Shown here: positions 1-10,099 of the stretch, one piece after another
Position numbering within the stretch: position 1 is the stretch's first letter
How the letters are laid out: each line of letters opens with the position of its first letter
Assembly (NCBI GenBank): GCA_910588545.1
Contig: CAJUOU010000002.1
Location: 96,228-160,227 of the forward strand
Source: an uncultured Christensenellaceae bacterium
GTDB taxonomy: Bacteria; Bacillota; Clostridia; Christensenellales; UBA3700
Length of the DNA stretch: 64,000 bases
Reading direction: 5' to 3'
Program-made: the position numbers and the translations under genes
Notes under the pieces: model-generated
The model's database searches: none
The model's input: the letters and a program-made list of their open reading frames with translations, nothing else
What the model was told of the DNA's origin: nothing

Positions 1-523
1 CATTCTTTCTTCCACCGTTATCGTTGTATGATGTTCTAAAGTTAAATGTATCCTCAAAAGCTATCTCATTGCAATCTTTTGTAAATACAGGAGCGTTTTT
101 CGAAACCTTGTAGTTTTCAAATACATACCATTTGTAATCAGTAGGTTGTGCGGATTTAGCTTTTACGTTCTTAGGTAAGGATTGACCGAAAATAAATGTA
201 TCTGTACTTTCCGTAATGCCTTTTGTATATTTGATACTAAAGTTTATCTTAGTATTGTTAACACCTTCGATACTTTTATCGTCAGCTTGAACATTAAGCA
301 TATACTCTGTTCTTTCATTTGTAGCAATGTTTTTTGGATTGCTATTGATTTTTTCTCTTATGTAATAAGTTGAATAATTTGTTTCGGAATTTTTGATTGC
401 ATCTTGCAATACTCCGATTACATCTTCATCCACATTTTCTATTTTTATATTAGAGCAACCTGCTAGCACCATGGATAACAAACAAATTACGGCAATTACT
501 GCTATCAAAATTTTCTTTTTCAT
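1..523 (-). CDS. lipoprotein, N-terminal part (gene runs off the window start)
   Basis: Absent from the ORF track because there is no stop in the window. Reverse-strand ATG at 523 is preceded by GGAGG. Translation starts MKKKILIAVIAVICLLSMVLAGCSN (signal peptide plus lipobox Cys). ATGA start/stop overlap with the transporter gene ending at 520 suggests translational coupling. Confidence 0.7.
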   Translation of the reverse strand, partial: MKKKILIAVIAVICLLSMVLAGCSNIKIENVDEDVIGVLQDAIKNSETNYSTYYIREKINSNPKNIATNERTEYMLNVQADDKSIEGVNNTKINFSIKYTKGITESTDTFIFGQSLPKNVKAKSAQPTDYKWYVFENYKVSKNAPVFTKDCNEIAFEDTFNFRTSYNDNGGRKN

Positions 524-2259
524 TGTTTGCCTCCTTCGTTATCGCTATTTAACTCTTCTTTTATTTCTTCTTTTTCTTCTGCAAGTTTGTTTGCAGCATT
601 TAATTCTCCTACAACCAAAGCAGTTTTTTCCAAAACATCTACTGTCGGAACAGCAGTATTTGAAACTTGACTTTCATCTACAGGAACTGTTACCTCTGTC
701 GACTCGACATTTTTATTTTTATTCTTTTTAGCTTTACGTTTCTCCTCTTTAGCTTTATCTTCAGCCTCTTGTTCAGCAAGTTCTTTTACTTTTTCGTCAT
801 ATTCTTCCTGAGTAATGTCCCCTGCTTCCAAGTCGGCATCCAATGTGCGCTGTTTAAGTTCACGCATCATTACTCTCAATTTTTTCTCGCTCAAGTTATA
901 GAAAATCATTGGTACGCAACAAGCTAAACCTCCTATGAAACTGATAACAGCAAGTATTCTTACCAAGTTACCTCTAAATCCTGCCTCATATAAAACATCA
1001 TAGTTAGTTAGCAAACCATAAGACTCTGTAACTGCCGGAATTACGAAACCTGTAGCCATACCTACAACCGAAGTAATGATACCTATGTTACAGAAGAAAC
1101 CATCCATTCTCTTTCCTGTTTTCCATTGATGATAGTCAAGGATATCGGCATTAATTGCAGGACCTGTTATGATTGAAGTTGAATTTGCTGCATTTGCGAT
1201 ATAAATCAAAACAAATGTTACATAGAAACTTCCCGTACTAAAGAAAGTCAAACCGTAAGCAATCGCAAATAAAATGTTTGAACCGATATTCAAATTACGC
1301 TTACCTATAAACCTTACTATAATCGGAGCACCAACCATACCTATTAATGATGCAGTACCCATTAAAGTAGTAAGCAATCCCATTATAACTCCGTTTTGTA
1401 ATTGATAAATAAATACCCAATTCACAATAAGCGAAGATGCGTTTCTTGCAAACAACATCATTTGTTGTATGTTATAAAGCCATAAGTACTTGTTACTGAA
1501 AGCACTCTTGATACCTTCCATGAATGGAATTTTTTCGGTATTTGTTTTCTTTTGTACAACCCTTTCTTTTGTACCGAAATATGCAAAGAAAGTAAGCAAA
1601 ATACCCAATATACCAAACACAGGGAACAATAAACGGTAAATTTTGATATCAATCATTGTTCCGCCAGCAAGTTCTGCTATAACAGGGAAGAACAAACCTG
1701 TCAAAGTAGGAGCCATTGAGTAAATAATAGAACTTACCGAAACAATAGTTGTTCTCTCTTCGCTGTTAGGGCTGATAACTTGTACCAAGTTCATATAAGC
1801 AAGATATAATAATTGATTATAGAAAATGTTTACTAAAGTAAAACCTACCATAATCAATGCAAATTTTGTATTGTAATCTGCTGTAAGTGGTATGTACGCC
1901 ATAGCAATAGCTATAGCTGCTGCCGGTATAGACGACCACAAAATAATTGGTCTATATTTACCTTTTTTACTCTTTGTATTGTCCATCAACATACCTCTAA
2001 ATGGTACAATCAACAAAGAAATCAAAACACCTACAACCGCAATTATTTGCATGTGTGAAGGAGTTAAACCGTAAACCGAGCCGATTAGCAAACTACCTGC
2101 CGACATTCCAATGTAACCAACTACAGCCGCGATAAACTGAACACCGATACCACCCAGACTGTATGCAGCCATTTCTTTGATAGTCACATAGTTGCCTTTA
2201 GCGGGTTTATTCCATTGCGAAGTAACCCACTTAATCTTTCCTTTCAAGTCAAGCTTCAT
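520..2259 (-). CDS. glycoside-pentoside-hexuronide (GPH)/MFS family sugar:cation symporter with a ~120-aa charged C-terminal tail
   Basis: Polytopic membrane protein with a GPH-like loop motif (KKGKYRPIILW). Adjacent to the GH20 gene. The tail is E/K-rich (EEYDEKVKELAEQEAEDKAKEEKRKAKK). Confidence 0.75.
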   Translation of the reverse strand: MKLDLKGKIKWVTSQWNKPAKGNYVTIKEMAAYSLGGIGVQFIAAVVGYIGMSAGSLLIGSVYGLTPSHMQIIAVVGVLISLLIVPFRGMLMDNTKSKKGKYRPIILWSSIPAAAIAIAMAYIPLTADYNTKFALIMVGFTLVNIFYNQLLYLAYMNLVQVISPNSEERTTIVSVSSIIYSMAPTLTGLFFPVIAELAGGTMIDIKIYRLLFPVFGILGILLTFFAYFGTKERVVQKKTNTEKIPFMEGIKSAFSNKYLWLYNIQQMMLFARNASSLIVNWVFIYQLQNGVIMGLLTTLMGTASLIGMVGAPIIVRFIGKRNLNIGSNILFAIAYGLTFFSTGSFYVTFVLIYIANAANSTSIITGPAINADILDYHQWKTGKRMDGFFCNIGIITSVVGMATGFVIPAVTESYGLLTNYDVLYEAGFRGNLVRILAVISFIGGLACCVPMIFYNLSEKKLRVMMRELKQRTLDADLEAGDITQEEYDEKVKELAEQEAEDKAKEEKRKAKKNKNKNVESTEVTVPVDESQVSNTAVPTVDVLEKTALVVGELNAANKLAEEKEEIKEELNSDNEGGKQ

Positions 2260-2410
2260 AATTTCCTTCCTTATATTTTATTTAATTAAAATATAATATT
2301 TTAATATGTTAATAATAACATAATATTAGGGCTATGTAAATATCTTTTTAAAAATTTACCAAAATTATACATATCGTTACATTTAAAATTTGACAATATT
2401 TCATACAAAA

Positions 2411-2436
2411 GAAAAAAGCTGACTAAAAAGTCAGCT
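2411..2436 (-). terminator. intrinsic terminator downstream of the GH20 gene
   Basis: AGCTGACT/AGTCAGCT 8-bp stem followed by a T-run on the minus strand. Confidence 0.7.
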
Positions 2437-2450
2437 GCTTTTCGGTAACT

Positions 2451-4025
2451 TTATTTACAATATTTTTCAAATTCGTGATTTTGATTTTTTGACCAATTCA
2501 ACCATGCTTTGGATGCTCTACCCCAATTTTTAAAGCCTCTTACCAAGTATGCGTCACGATTTGCGTATTTTATGTCAAGTGCATCCATAATTTGCATTTG
2601 CAAAGGCAATCTTCCCTCAAAATCGATAAAATCTTTATTTTGCTTAGCTGTCCAATTTATTTCGCCAAGTGCTTGCATCCTAGGATAAATATTAAATTGC
2701 AATTTCTCCTTACATCTTACATATTCCGTCCAAAGCGGTGCTTCTATCCCCAAAACTTGATTTTCGAAAGCTGGACTTAGCCCCATTGTATCCAAATCTA
2801 CCGAGTAGTACTTTTTCAAATCTTTCATATCGTAGCAATGGTCCATATACAAATACGGCTCCGGAGTAAGGATAACTTTATTGCCTTTTGCAAGCCATTT
2901 GTCCACTCCGCTTGCTTTTGCCGAATGTATCCACCATTGAATAATCGTCTTGTCAGATAACTCCGTTGCACGCAAAATTTCATTCCAACCAATCATTTTT
3001 ATACCTTTTTCCTTTAGGTACAATAAAATTTGATTGTTAAACCAACCTTGCAAATCCTCCTCGCCTTTTAGTCCAAGTTCTTTTATTTTTGCTTGGCATT
3101 TAGGACAAACTTTCCATTTCTTTTTAGGCACTTCGTCACCACCGATATGGAAATAAGGGTATGGGAATAGCTCAGCTATTTCGTCGATAATATCTTTTAC
3201 AAACGGCATCAATTTATCTCCGCCAACGCAACCGATATCATCCAAAATACCCCAATGGGTAGAAACATCTATTTGCTTACCCTCACAAGAAAGCTCCGGA
3301 TAACAATGAATAGCTGCCACCAAATGTCCCGGCATATCTATTTCGGGCATAACCTCTATATGCAACTCTTTTGCATAAGCAACAATTTCCTTTATTTGCT
3401 CTTGAGTGTAATACAACCCTTCTCCGTATGTCTCGTTTTCCATTTTATTGCCAGCAAGTTGAGTAGCTGTTCTGCAAGCACCTTTTTCGGTCAGCAATGG
3501 ATATTTTTTAATTTCTATTCTCCAGCCTTGGTCGTCCGTTAAATGCCAATGGAAAACATTCAATTTGTTAAGTGCCATCATATTAAGACATTCTTTAATA
3601 GTGTCTATTGTGGAATAATGCCTTGCAACATCAAGCATAAAAGCCCTGCGCTTAAATCTAGGCTTATCCTCTATAACGCAACAAGGTATTTCTATTTCCT
3701 CTGCATTAGTGATAATATCCGCCTTGCTTAATTGCCTTAAAGTTTGCAAACAATAAAAAGCCCCCGCTTCATCGCTTGCTTTTATAGTTATCTTGTTCTC
3801 TGCGATATTTAAAATATACCCTTCCTTATCAAGGTTTGTATCGGTTACAAAATTTATGTCCCCATCGCCCGCAACAATCGTAGCCTCTACACCGCTTTTG
3901 GAAAATGCTGCAACAAGCTGTTTTTTTGTTTTAGGAAAATCTCCACCTACTTTTGTCGAAAATGTAAATTTAAAAATCCCTTCACCTTGAACAACTTTTA
4001 AGGGTTTTGGAATAATTTGAATCAT
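2451..4025 (-). CDS. beta-N-acetylhexosaminidase, glycoside hydrolase family 20 (no signal peptide, so cytoplasmic)
   Basis: GH20 signatures HWHLTDDQGWRIEIKKYP and HIGGDEV (catalytic D-E pair). Confidence 0.9.
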   Translation of the reverse strand: MIQIIPKPLKVVQGEGIFKFTFSTKVGGDFPKTKKQLVAAFSKSGVEATIVAGDGDINFVTDTNLDKEGYILNIAENKITIKASDEAGAFYCLQTLRQLSKADIITNAEEIEIPCCVIEDKPRFKRRAFMLDVARHYSTIDTIKECLNMMALNKLNVFHWHLTDDQGWRIEIKKYPLLTEKGACRTATQLAGNKMENETYGEGLYYTQEQIKEIVAYAKELHIEVMPEIDMPGHLVAAIHCYPELSCEGKQIDVSTHWGILDDIGCVGGDKLMPFVKDIIDEIAELFPYPYFHIGGDEVPKKKWKVCPKCQAKIKELGLKGEEDLQGWFNNQILLYLKEKGIKMIGWNEILRATELSDKTIIQWWIHSAKASGVDKWLAKGNKVILTPEPYLYMDHCYDMKDLKKYYSVDLDTMGLSPAFENQVLGIEAPLWTEYVRCKEKLQFNIYPRMQALGEINWTAKQNKDFIDFEGRLPLQMQIMDALDIKYANRDAYLVRGFKNWGRASKAWLNWSKNQNHEFEKYCK

Positions 4026-4144
4026 AATTTTCTCCTATTCTATTGAAATTTTTATATTTTTTTATTTTTAATACCGATTTTCAAAAGATTATTTGCTTTT
4101 AGCAATAATATGTTATTAAATAAAATTATAAATTTAGCCTTTTA

Positions 4145-5611
4145 TTAAATATCCATAATGTTAGATTTTATCTCTTCCTTAGTAGGTTTATTGTCCCCGT
4201 GTTTTACAAACAACATTACAATAAAAGCTATAAGGATATTTATCGACGCAAAAACAAACATAACATTATCCCCAAGTTTATCCATAAACAAACCTGCAAA
4301 GAAAGGTGCTACCGCTTGTGCTGACATAGATGCAACATAATAATATCCCGTATATTTACCAACGTTGCTACCCTTTGACATTTCGCAAACCATAGGTAAT
4401 GTATTAACATTTACGATAATCAAACCTATGCCTGCAAGAACAAAACAAATTCCAACTATATACGCCGTTTTGCTGTTCACAAATAAGCATGGGAAAAAGG
4501 CAATACTTGCAAGTGCAAAGCCAATCAATGTTGATTTTTTTCTACCTATCTTACCTGACATAAAGCCCACAGGGATTAGCGCCAACGCTCCGCCTAAGCC
4601 GTTTGCAAAGTTAATAAGTCCTACACCGGAGGATTCCATAAGCAATTTATCAGTTACATATACCGATAGATGCGAACGCACTGCATTGTACCCCATAAAC
4701 CAAAAGAAAATAGATGCCAAAATCAAAAGCAAACTTATTATTTTACCTTTTGATAGTTTTTCCTGCCCTTCGGTTTCCTCTTCGTCAATAACATTCCATT
4801 TGCGTTCTTCTTCATACCTTAAGTTTACAAATTTCTTTTCGTTAACTAACAACATATATCCTGCAAGCAACATATACATAAACATTACTAGTAACAAAAA
4901 CAATAACACAAATGAGCCGTAATCGGGGGCAAATAAGCTATATAAGCCTATTGATATAAATCCGCCTATACCACCCATAAAGTTCATAATCGCATTGGCA
5001 CCCGAGCGTAATGGTTTGATTGTAACATCGGGCATTAGCGCAACCACAGGGGCACGAAACGCAGACATTGTAACCAAAAGCACAAACAATACAATAATAA
5101 ACAGCACAAGCGATGTCGGATTAGCAATGGTATTTGTAATCGCCATTTTTACTTGAGCCGCATGAAAATCGATACTAAATTGTTCAAACAACGGACTTTC
5201 GGCATTAATAGTCTGATAAATCGGGTCTAAATATTTGCTGTCCAAATATCCTTTGGAAACTAGTTGGTCAATATTTTTTACGCCCATTTCGACAAGCTTG
5301 TTAAACTCGGTATTTTCAATAGCGATTAGCAACATTACAAGTATACCTGCAAGCAAAGTGCCTATCACAATAAAAGGCGTTCTTCTGCCAAAAACTTTGC
5401 CTTTTGACTTGTCGGATAAACTACCAAACAAAGGTAGCAATACTATAGCCAAAATATTGTCCAATCCCATTATAACGCCACGCCAAGTTGCGGATAAACC
5501 ATAAGTCCTGTCAAGCAATATAGGTACAGCAAAATCGTACACTTCCCAAAAAAGCATAACGATTATAAATGCTATTCCTACCTTAAAAACTCTTGCTTTA
5601 TCAAGTTTCAT
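4145..5611 (-). CDS. MFS transporter, GPH/SLC45-like sugar transporter
   Basis: About 12 predicted TM segments. Loop motif GRRTPFIVIGT is typical of GPH-type MFS proteins. Lies in the hexosaminidase locus. Confidence 0.7.
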   Translation of the reverse strand: MKLDKARVFKVGIAFIIVMLFWEVYDFAVPILLDRTYGLSATWRGVIMGLDNILAIVLLPLFGSLSDKSKGKVFGRRTPFIVIGTLLAGILVMLLIAIENTEFNKLVEMGVKNIDQLVSKGYLDSKYLDPIYQTINAESPLFEQFSIDFHAAQVKMAITNTIANPTSLVLFIIVLFVLLVTMSAFRAPVVALMPDVTIKPLRSGANAIMNFMGGIGGFISIGLYSLFAPDYGSFVLLFLLLVMFMYMLLAGYMLLVNEKKFVNLRYEEERKWNVIDEEETEGQEKLSKGKIISLLLILASIFFWFMGYNAVRSHLSVYVTDKLLMESSGVGLINFANGLGGALALIPVGFMSGKIGRKKSTLIGFALASIAFFPCLFVNSKTAYIVGICFVLAGIGLIIVNVNTLPMVCEMSKGSNVGKYTGYYYVASMSAQAVAPFFAGLFMDKLGDNVMFVFASINILIAFIVMLFVKHGDNKPTKEEIKSNIMDI

Positions 5612-5792
5612 ATTCCGTCCGATATATTTTACTTTTATTAAACTGCAAATTATTACATTAATTATACCTTAAATTATCACTAAAGTCAATATATAACCTC
5701 AATTATAAATTGACAGCTGTTAAAATATCTTTTTAATTAAAAGTCAATTTAATATTTACGATTTAAATTTAAATTTGCAATCAATAGCATAC

Positions 5793-5823
5793 AAAAAATT
5801 GCTTTCCCAAAAGAAAGCAATTT
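5793..5823 (-). terminator. intrinsic terminator after the OB-fold gene
   Basis: AAATTGCTTTC/GAAAGCAATTT stem with a T-run on the minus strand. Confidence 0.65.
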
Positions 5824-5845
5824 GATATTTGTCGCAATTTTTAAA

Positions 5846-6496
5846 TCAAATAATTTCGGATATTTCCTCTCCCTCATGCATACCGTCAAGTGCGATTTTG
5901 CTTACCGATACTTCATAAGCAGTCCTGTCCTCAACTATTCCGTCACTATCAATCTTTTGATAAACCCTGCTTTGAATTCTGCCAGACAAACTTATTTTTG
6001 TGCCTACAGGAAGATTTTTTATAAATCTAGCATTACGTCCCCAAGTAATACAAGGTATGTAATCGCTTTTGTTGTATGCCCTGTTAACAGCAAGCAAAAC
6101 ATCGCAAATTTCTCTTTTAAAAGGAGTCGTCCTGTAAACAGGCGGCTTGCAAATATATCCTACGATATCAATATTATTACCGTTTATTATCTCTTCCTCG
6201 CCAAGTATTTCCCTAACAAATATAGTAAGCATCAATCTGCTTTTATCGTCAACCATTTTATTGTAAGAACGGAATTGTCCACTCACGGAAATAACATCTC
6301 CGACTTTTATATCATGCTCTAAGATAAGTCTTTCGGAAATAGTGATTGGTAACACGTCAACTTGTTCGCTTAATCTTTTTACTTCTATCTTAGTCTCATA
6401 AAACCCTTCTCCAAACACTTCGTGTGAAAAAACCGGAACTTCCAATATTTTGCCTGTGATTGCCAATTTGTTGTTGCTCATCTGTTCGTAATTCAT
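5846..6496 (-). CDS. SSB-like protein with two tandem OB folds
   Basis: Internal duplication of an OB-like unit (ITGKILEVPVF...VSGQFRSYNK and IVGYICKPPVY...LSGRIQSRVYQK), resembling single-stranded DNA-binding protein folds. Assignment is by pattern only. Confidence 0.5.
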   Translation of the reverse strand: MNYEQMSNNKLAITGKILEVPVFSHEVFGEGFYETKIEVKRLSEQVDVLPITISERLILEHDIKVGDVISVSGQFRSYNKMVDDKSRLMLTIFVREILGEEEIINGNNIDIVGYICKPPVYRTTPFKREICDVLLAVNRAYNKSDYIPCITWGRNARFIKNLPVGTKISLSGRIQSRVYQKIDSDGIVEDRTAYEVSVSKIALDGMHEGEEISEII

Positions 6497-6542
6497 TTCA
6501 AATAACTCCCTATATTTATTTTTTGTTTATTTTGTTAATTTT

Positions 6543-7340
6543 TTATTTTTGTTTATGTTGCACACCATTTACATCAATGGTAAAGCCGTTTTTGTAAACC
6601 AACTCGCTTACCGTTTGAAAAGTATAGCCACCTTCAATCAAATACTCGATTACCTTTGGCAAAGCATCAAGCACATGGTCGGAATTGTTATGAAACAATA
6701 TTATATCCCCAAACGACACTTTGCTTTTTACTCTTTTTAAAATTTCGTTTGCATTAATGCCCTTCCAATCAAGAGTATCGATACTCCATTGCACTGCTTG
6801 CATATTAAGCTTGCTTACATTTTCAATCAACTTGTTGTTGTAATCTCCAAAAGGTGCCCTGAATACATACGGTCTTTTACCCGTAAGATTTTCAACTTTT
6901 TTGTTTACGTATTCAATCTCCTCTACAATGCTTTCCGCTTGCAAAGTAGACATCTTCAAATGATTGTGGCTGTGATTGCCTATGTCAAAACCGTTTTCTG
7001 CAAGTTTTTTTACCTCGTCTTCATACTTATCGACCCAAAACCCAACCAAAAAAAAGGTTGCTTTTATATTATATTTATTAAGTATGTCTATTATTCCTTG
7101 TGTTTTATCCGCACCCCATGCAGCATCAAATGACAATGCTACGACTTTATTTTCGCCCGTATCAACTCGGTAAACAGGCAATTTTCTGTTTTCTCCGCTT
7201 GCAAGAATTGTACTGTTTGTTACCATAAACAAACAGGCTGTTAAAGCCACAACTAAAACTAATGATACCAACACTTTGTAAACAGATTTGATTTTGAAAG
7301 AATAAAACACACGCCACCCTTTTATTAAAGCAAATGTCAA
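6543..7340 (-). CDS. polysaccharide deacetylase family protein (CE4, PdaB-like), N-terminally membrane anchored
   Basis: NodB-domain motifs ALSFDAAWG, ATFFLVG and GNHSHNH. Confidence 0.85.
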   Translation of the reverse strand: MTFALIKGWRVFYSFKIKSVYKVLVSLVLVVALTACLFMVTNSTILASGENRKLPVYRVDTGENKVVALSFDAAWGADKTQGIIDILNKYNIKATFFLVGFWVDKYEDEVKKLAENGFDIGNHSHNHLKMSTLQAESIVEEIEYVNKKVENLTGKRPYVFRAPFGDYNNKLIENVSKLNMQAVQWSIDTLDWKGINANEILKRVKSKVSFGDIILFHNNSDHVLDALPKVIEYLIEGGYTFQTVSELVYKNGFTIDVNGVQHKQK

Positions 7341-7671
7341 AAAAATCTTCCAACCATGACGATTACTTTAATATTATACATAAATAATGCTAACTAAATT
7401 TTAGAGATTTTGTCAATAAATGTCGAATACTCCATTTGCGTTACAAAATTCGATTTAGTATTACAATTTATTTCAAAAAACAACAAAATAGAACTTCTTT
7501 CAATTTATTTTTTGAAAATATAAAACATCTAAAATCAGTCATTATCAAGACTCCATAAATTATCAAGCCATATTGTGGCTACGGTAAATTGTGTTAATTT
7601 TGAATAGATAATGTACCGAACATCATGCTTTTATATTAATAAATATGCTGTTAAAATGCTAATTATTACAT

Positions 7672-7707
7672 AAAAAAATAAGGCAATATAAATATATTGC
7701 CTTATTT
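7672..7707 (-). terminator. bidirectional intrinsic terminator after the Pmp/dockerin gene
   Basis: AAGGCAATATA/TATATTGCCTT hairpin flanked by an A-run and a T-run. Confidence 0.7.
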
Positions 7708-7727
7708 AAAGTTAAAATATTTAGTTT

Positions 7728-9929
7728 TTAATAGAACAACTCGATTCCTATGATTTTGTCAATCACATTCCTTACGATTTCCGCATCTGCAGTGGTTATT
7801 TCGCCTTTGTTTATTACCATACTCGCTAGCTTTTTCTCCACACTTAAACTTTCGTATAATGCGTTGTCACTTGCTATTTCTCTCAAGTAGGACACATCGC
7901 TTGCACTTATCCTTCCATCGCCGTTCACATCCCCCAATACGGATAGGTATATCGTTTCGCCGTTTGTCTGTATACACCATCCTGTTCCTATTGCCATCTC
8001 TTTGCCGTTATCTGCAATAGCACTGTTTATGCCACTATCTACTGCTCCGTTTTGATAAATTGTTTTGCCTTTACTATCCGATAGTTGTAAATTGTTTTTA
8101 TCAATACCCAAAGGTGCTAGGTTATTTACAAATTCGTTTACCGAAGTGTTTGGTTTTATATTTCCCAATACATATCTTTCCAACTCGCTGTCATTGTAAC
8201 CGTGTAATTTGTCATTTTCAGTATATGTTTTCCTATAGCCGTTATCCAAATAAACAAAATCATAAATTGATTTTTCTTTCAAATCAAAAATTACTTCCTC
8301 ATTTTTCAAAACAGCAACTTTTTTGCTGTCTTTGGTAAAAAAGTATTTTGACGGATTTTGATTTCCGTTGCCGTAATAAGTATACCCCAATGTGAAAGTT
8401 TTAAATAAATTATAGTTATCATTCAAATCAACTTGAATATGAGCATCTTTACCTTCGCTTGTAAGCAGACCTACTACTTCAACTTTAATATCCTGCGGCA
8501 AACACAAATCTGCATATTCTCCGTTGGATGAGTTGTCTTTTATAACAGTTGCTCCGCTGATTTGCAGCTTGCCTGCGCGAATATTTAGTCCGCCAGCATT
8601 TTCAGTTGCATGATTACCTGTTATAGTAGTATTTTTAATTGCTATGATATCTGCGATTGTAGAAATACCTGCGCCGTATTTTGCAGTGTTCCCCGTGATT
8701 TCGCAATTACTAATGCTCATTAGGGTCATATTATCATCGTTATAAATTCCACCGCCGGATTCTGCACTGCTATTATTTTGAAACACACAATTATTTAACG
8801 TACAAGACGAATTTTGATAATTAAAAATTGCACCTCCATAATTGTTTGCAACATTGCCTACAAAATTGCAGTTTGTAATCGTTGTAATTCCGTTGGAGAA
8901 AATGCCTGCACCGCTCATCTCACTTTCATTTTTATAAAAAACACAATCGTTTATTGTAACTTTTGTATTTTCATGAAATACGCTCAATGCTCCGCCATTT
9001 AATTTTGATGTGTTATTGCTGAAAACAACATTGTTCATTTCAAAATTTATACTGCCTGCAGCCATAATAGCACCTGCTTCAGTAGAAGACTTGTTTCCTA
9101 TTATAATTGAATTGCTAATAGATGTATTGTTCGTACAATGAAATGCTGCACCGCTAGTTTTTGTAGCACAGTTATTCATAAATAAACCGCCATTCACGAT
9201 AAGTTCTCCTGCAGCACAAATCGCACCGCCGGCTGGAGCATAAATATTATCAATTATCATACCACCATTAAATGTCAATTTTGCATTAGATTGAATATAA
9301 ATACCACCGCCTGTATCCATACATGCTCCACCTGTGATTTTACCAAAAGGCAAAGCTCTTAAAGCATTTATTTGAGTTGCTAATGGTTTGTCTTTATTTT
9401 CCTCGTAAGTATTAAACATTAACTCACTGTCGTATTTACTATCTATGATTGTCAAAGTACCTCCATTTAAAACTGTAAAAATAGACCCATAGCTCATTTT
9501 TGTAGTTTGTTTTTTATCAAGCGTATGTCCGTTTAAATCAAATATAATTGTTGCGCCATGTGGCACTGTTATAGAGCCACTGCCATTATAAAAGCCCTTA
9601 CCTACACCAAAAAAATAAGTATCTTCATGTGCAACCCAATCACTGTCAAGCAATACTTTTATTTCTTTGTTATTACCATCAAAGCTTTTTTGTATGGCAC
9701 CACTCCATAAAGCAGCTTTTTCATCTGTTGTACCTGTTAAAATAACATCAGGTGTATAGCCAACATCGGTAGCTTTTTCACTATCTACTATCTCTCCACT
9801 GCTTTGTGTTTTTAAAGTTTCGGTTTGTAAAGCAATGTTTGTAGATGCAAACAAACATCCTACAACTAAAAGACAAGAAATTACTAATACAAAAAATATT
9901 ATTCCAACTTTTTTAATAATCTTTGCCAT
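7728..9929 (-). CDS. secreted surface protein with polymorphic-membrane-protein (Pmp) type beta-helix repeats and a C-terminal dockerin-like module
   Basis: N-terminal signal peptide. Many GGAI/GGAL/SGAG plus FxxN-type repeats (NNYGGAIFNY, LNGGALSVF, ESGGGIYN). C-terminus GDVNGDGRISASDVSYLREIAS matches the dockerin Ca-binding repeat; the second repeat is degenerate. GGAGG SD upstream of the ATG. Confidence 0.8.
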   Translation of the reverse strand: MAKIIKKVGIIFFVLVISCLLVVGCLFASTNIALQTETLKTQSSGEIVDSEKATDVGYTPDVILTGTTDEKAALWSGAIQKSFDGNNKEIKVLLDSDWVAHEDTYFFGVGKGFYNGSGSITVPHGATIIFDLNGHTLDKKQTTKMSYGSIFTVLNGGTLTIIDSKYDSELMFNTYEENKDKPLATQINALRALPFGKITGGACMDTGGGIYIQSNAKLTFNGGMIIDNIYAPAGGAICAAGELIVNGGLFMNNCATKTSGAAFHCTNNTSISNSIIIGNKSSTEAGAIMAAGSINFEMNNVVFSNNTSKLNGGALSVFHENTKVTINDCVFYKNESEMSGAGIFSNGITTITNCNFVGNVANNYGGAIFNYQNSSCTLNNCVFQNNSSAESGGGIYNDDNMTLMSISNCEITGNTAKYGAGISTIADIIAIKNTTITGNHATENAGGLNIRAGKLQISGATVIKDNSSNGEYADLCLPQDIKVEVVGLLTSEGKDAHIQVDLNDNYNLFKTFTLGYTYYGNGNQNPSKYFFTKDSKKVAVLKNEEVIFDLKEKSIYDFVYLDNGYRKTYTENDKLHGYNDSELERYVLGNIKPNTSVNEFVNNLAPLGIDKNNLQLSDSKGKTIYQNGAVDSGINSAIADNGKEMAIGTGWCIQTNGETIYLSVLGDVNGDGRISASDVSYLREIASDNALYESLSVEKKLASMVINKGEITTADAEIVRNVIDKIIGIELFY

Positions 9930-9951
9930 AATAAAACCTCCGTTTTTATCT

Positions 9952-9978
9952 TACATAGAATAAGTATATCTATGTACA
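9952..9978. repeat. left inverted repeat of inverton 1
   Basis: TACATAGAATAAGTATATCTATGTACA. Its reverse complement matches 10100-10126 at 26/27 positions. Contains an internal dyad ACATAGA-N9-TCTATGT. Confidence 0.9.
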
Positions 9979-10057
9979 AAATCGCGATTTTTCGGAAAAG
10001 TTTTTTAAAGTTTTTGTAGCTTTTTTGTAAAGCTATTACAAAATGTTTAATTAAATG

Positions 10058-10087
10058 TTGACAAAAGTTTACTTTTGACCCTATAAT
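10058..10087 (+). promoter_or_regulatory. sigma-A type promoter inside inverton 1
   Basis: TTGACA (10058-10063), 18-nt spacer, TATAAT (10082-10087). Confidence 0.8.
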
Positions 10088-10099
10088 ATACATATAATA

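Noticed and set aside
4365-4922. Long antisense ORFs from the track (for example 4365-4922, 5822-6322, 16017-16496, 18928-19377, 19831-20400, 40860-41393, 46175-46678, 46722-47129, 62827-63330)
   Set aside because: All lie fully inside well-supported genes on the opposite strand. They have low-complexity or odd composition (F/I/L/S/C-rich), no SD and no recognisable motifs. They are shadow ORFs typical of AT-rich genomes.
7541-7567. Direct repeat ATTATCAAG-N9-ATTATCAAG upstream of the deacetylase gene as a regulator binding site
   Set aside because: It is a short AT-rich 9-mer repeated once in a 390-bp AT-rich intergenic region, with no dyad symmetry and no positional link to a recognisable promoter. 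This is compatible with chance.
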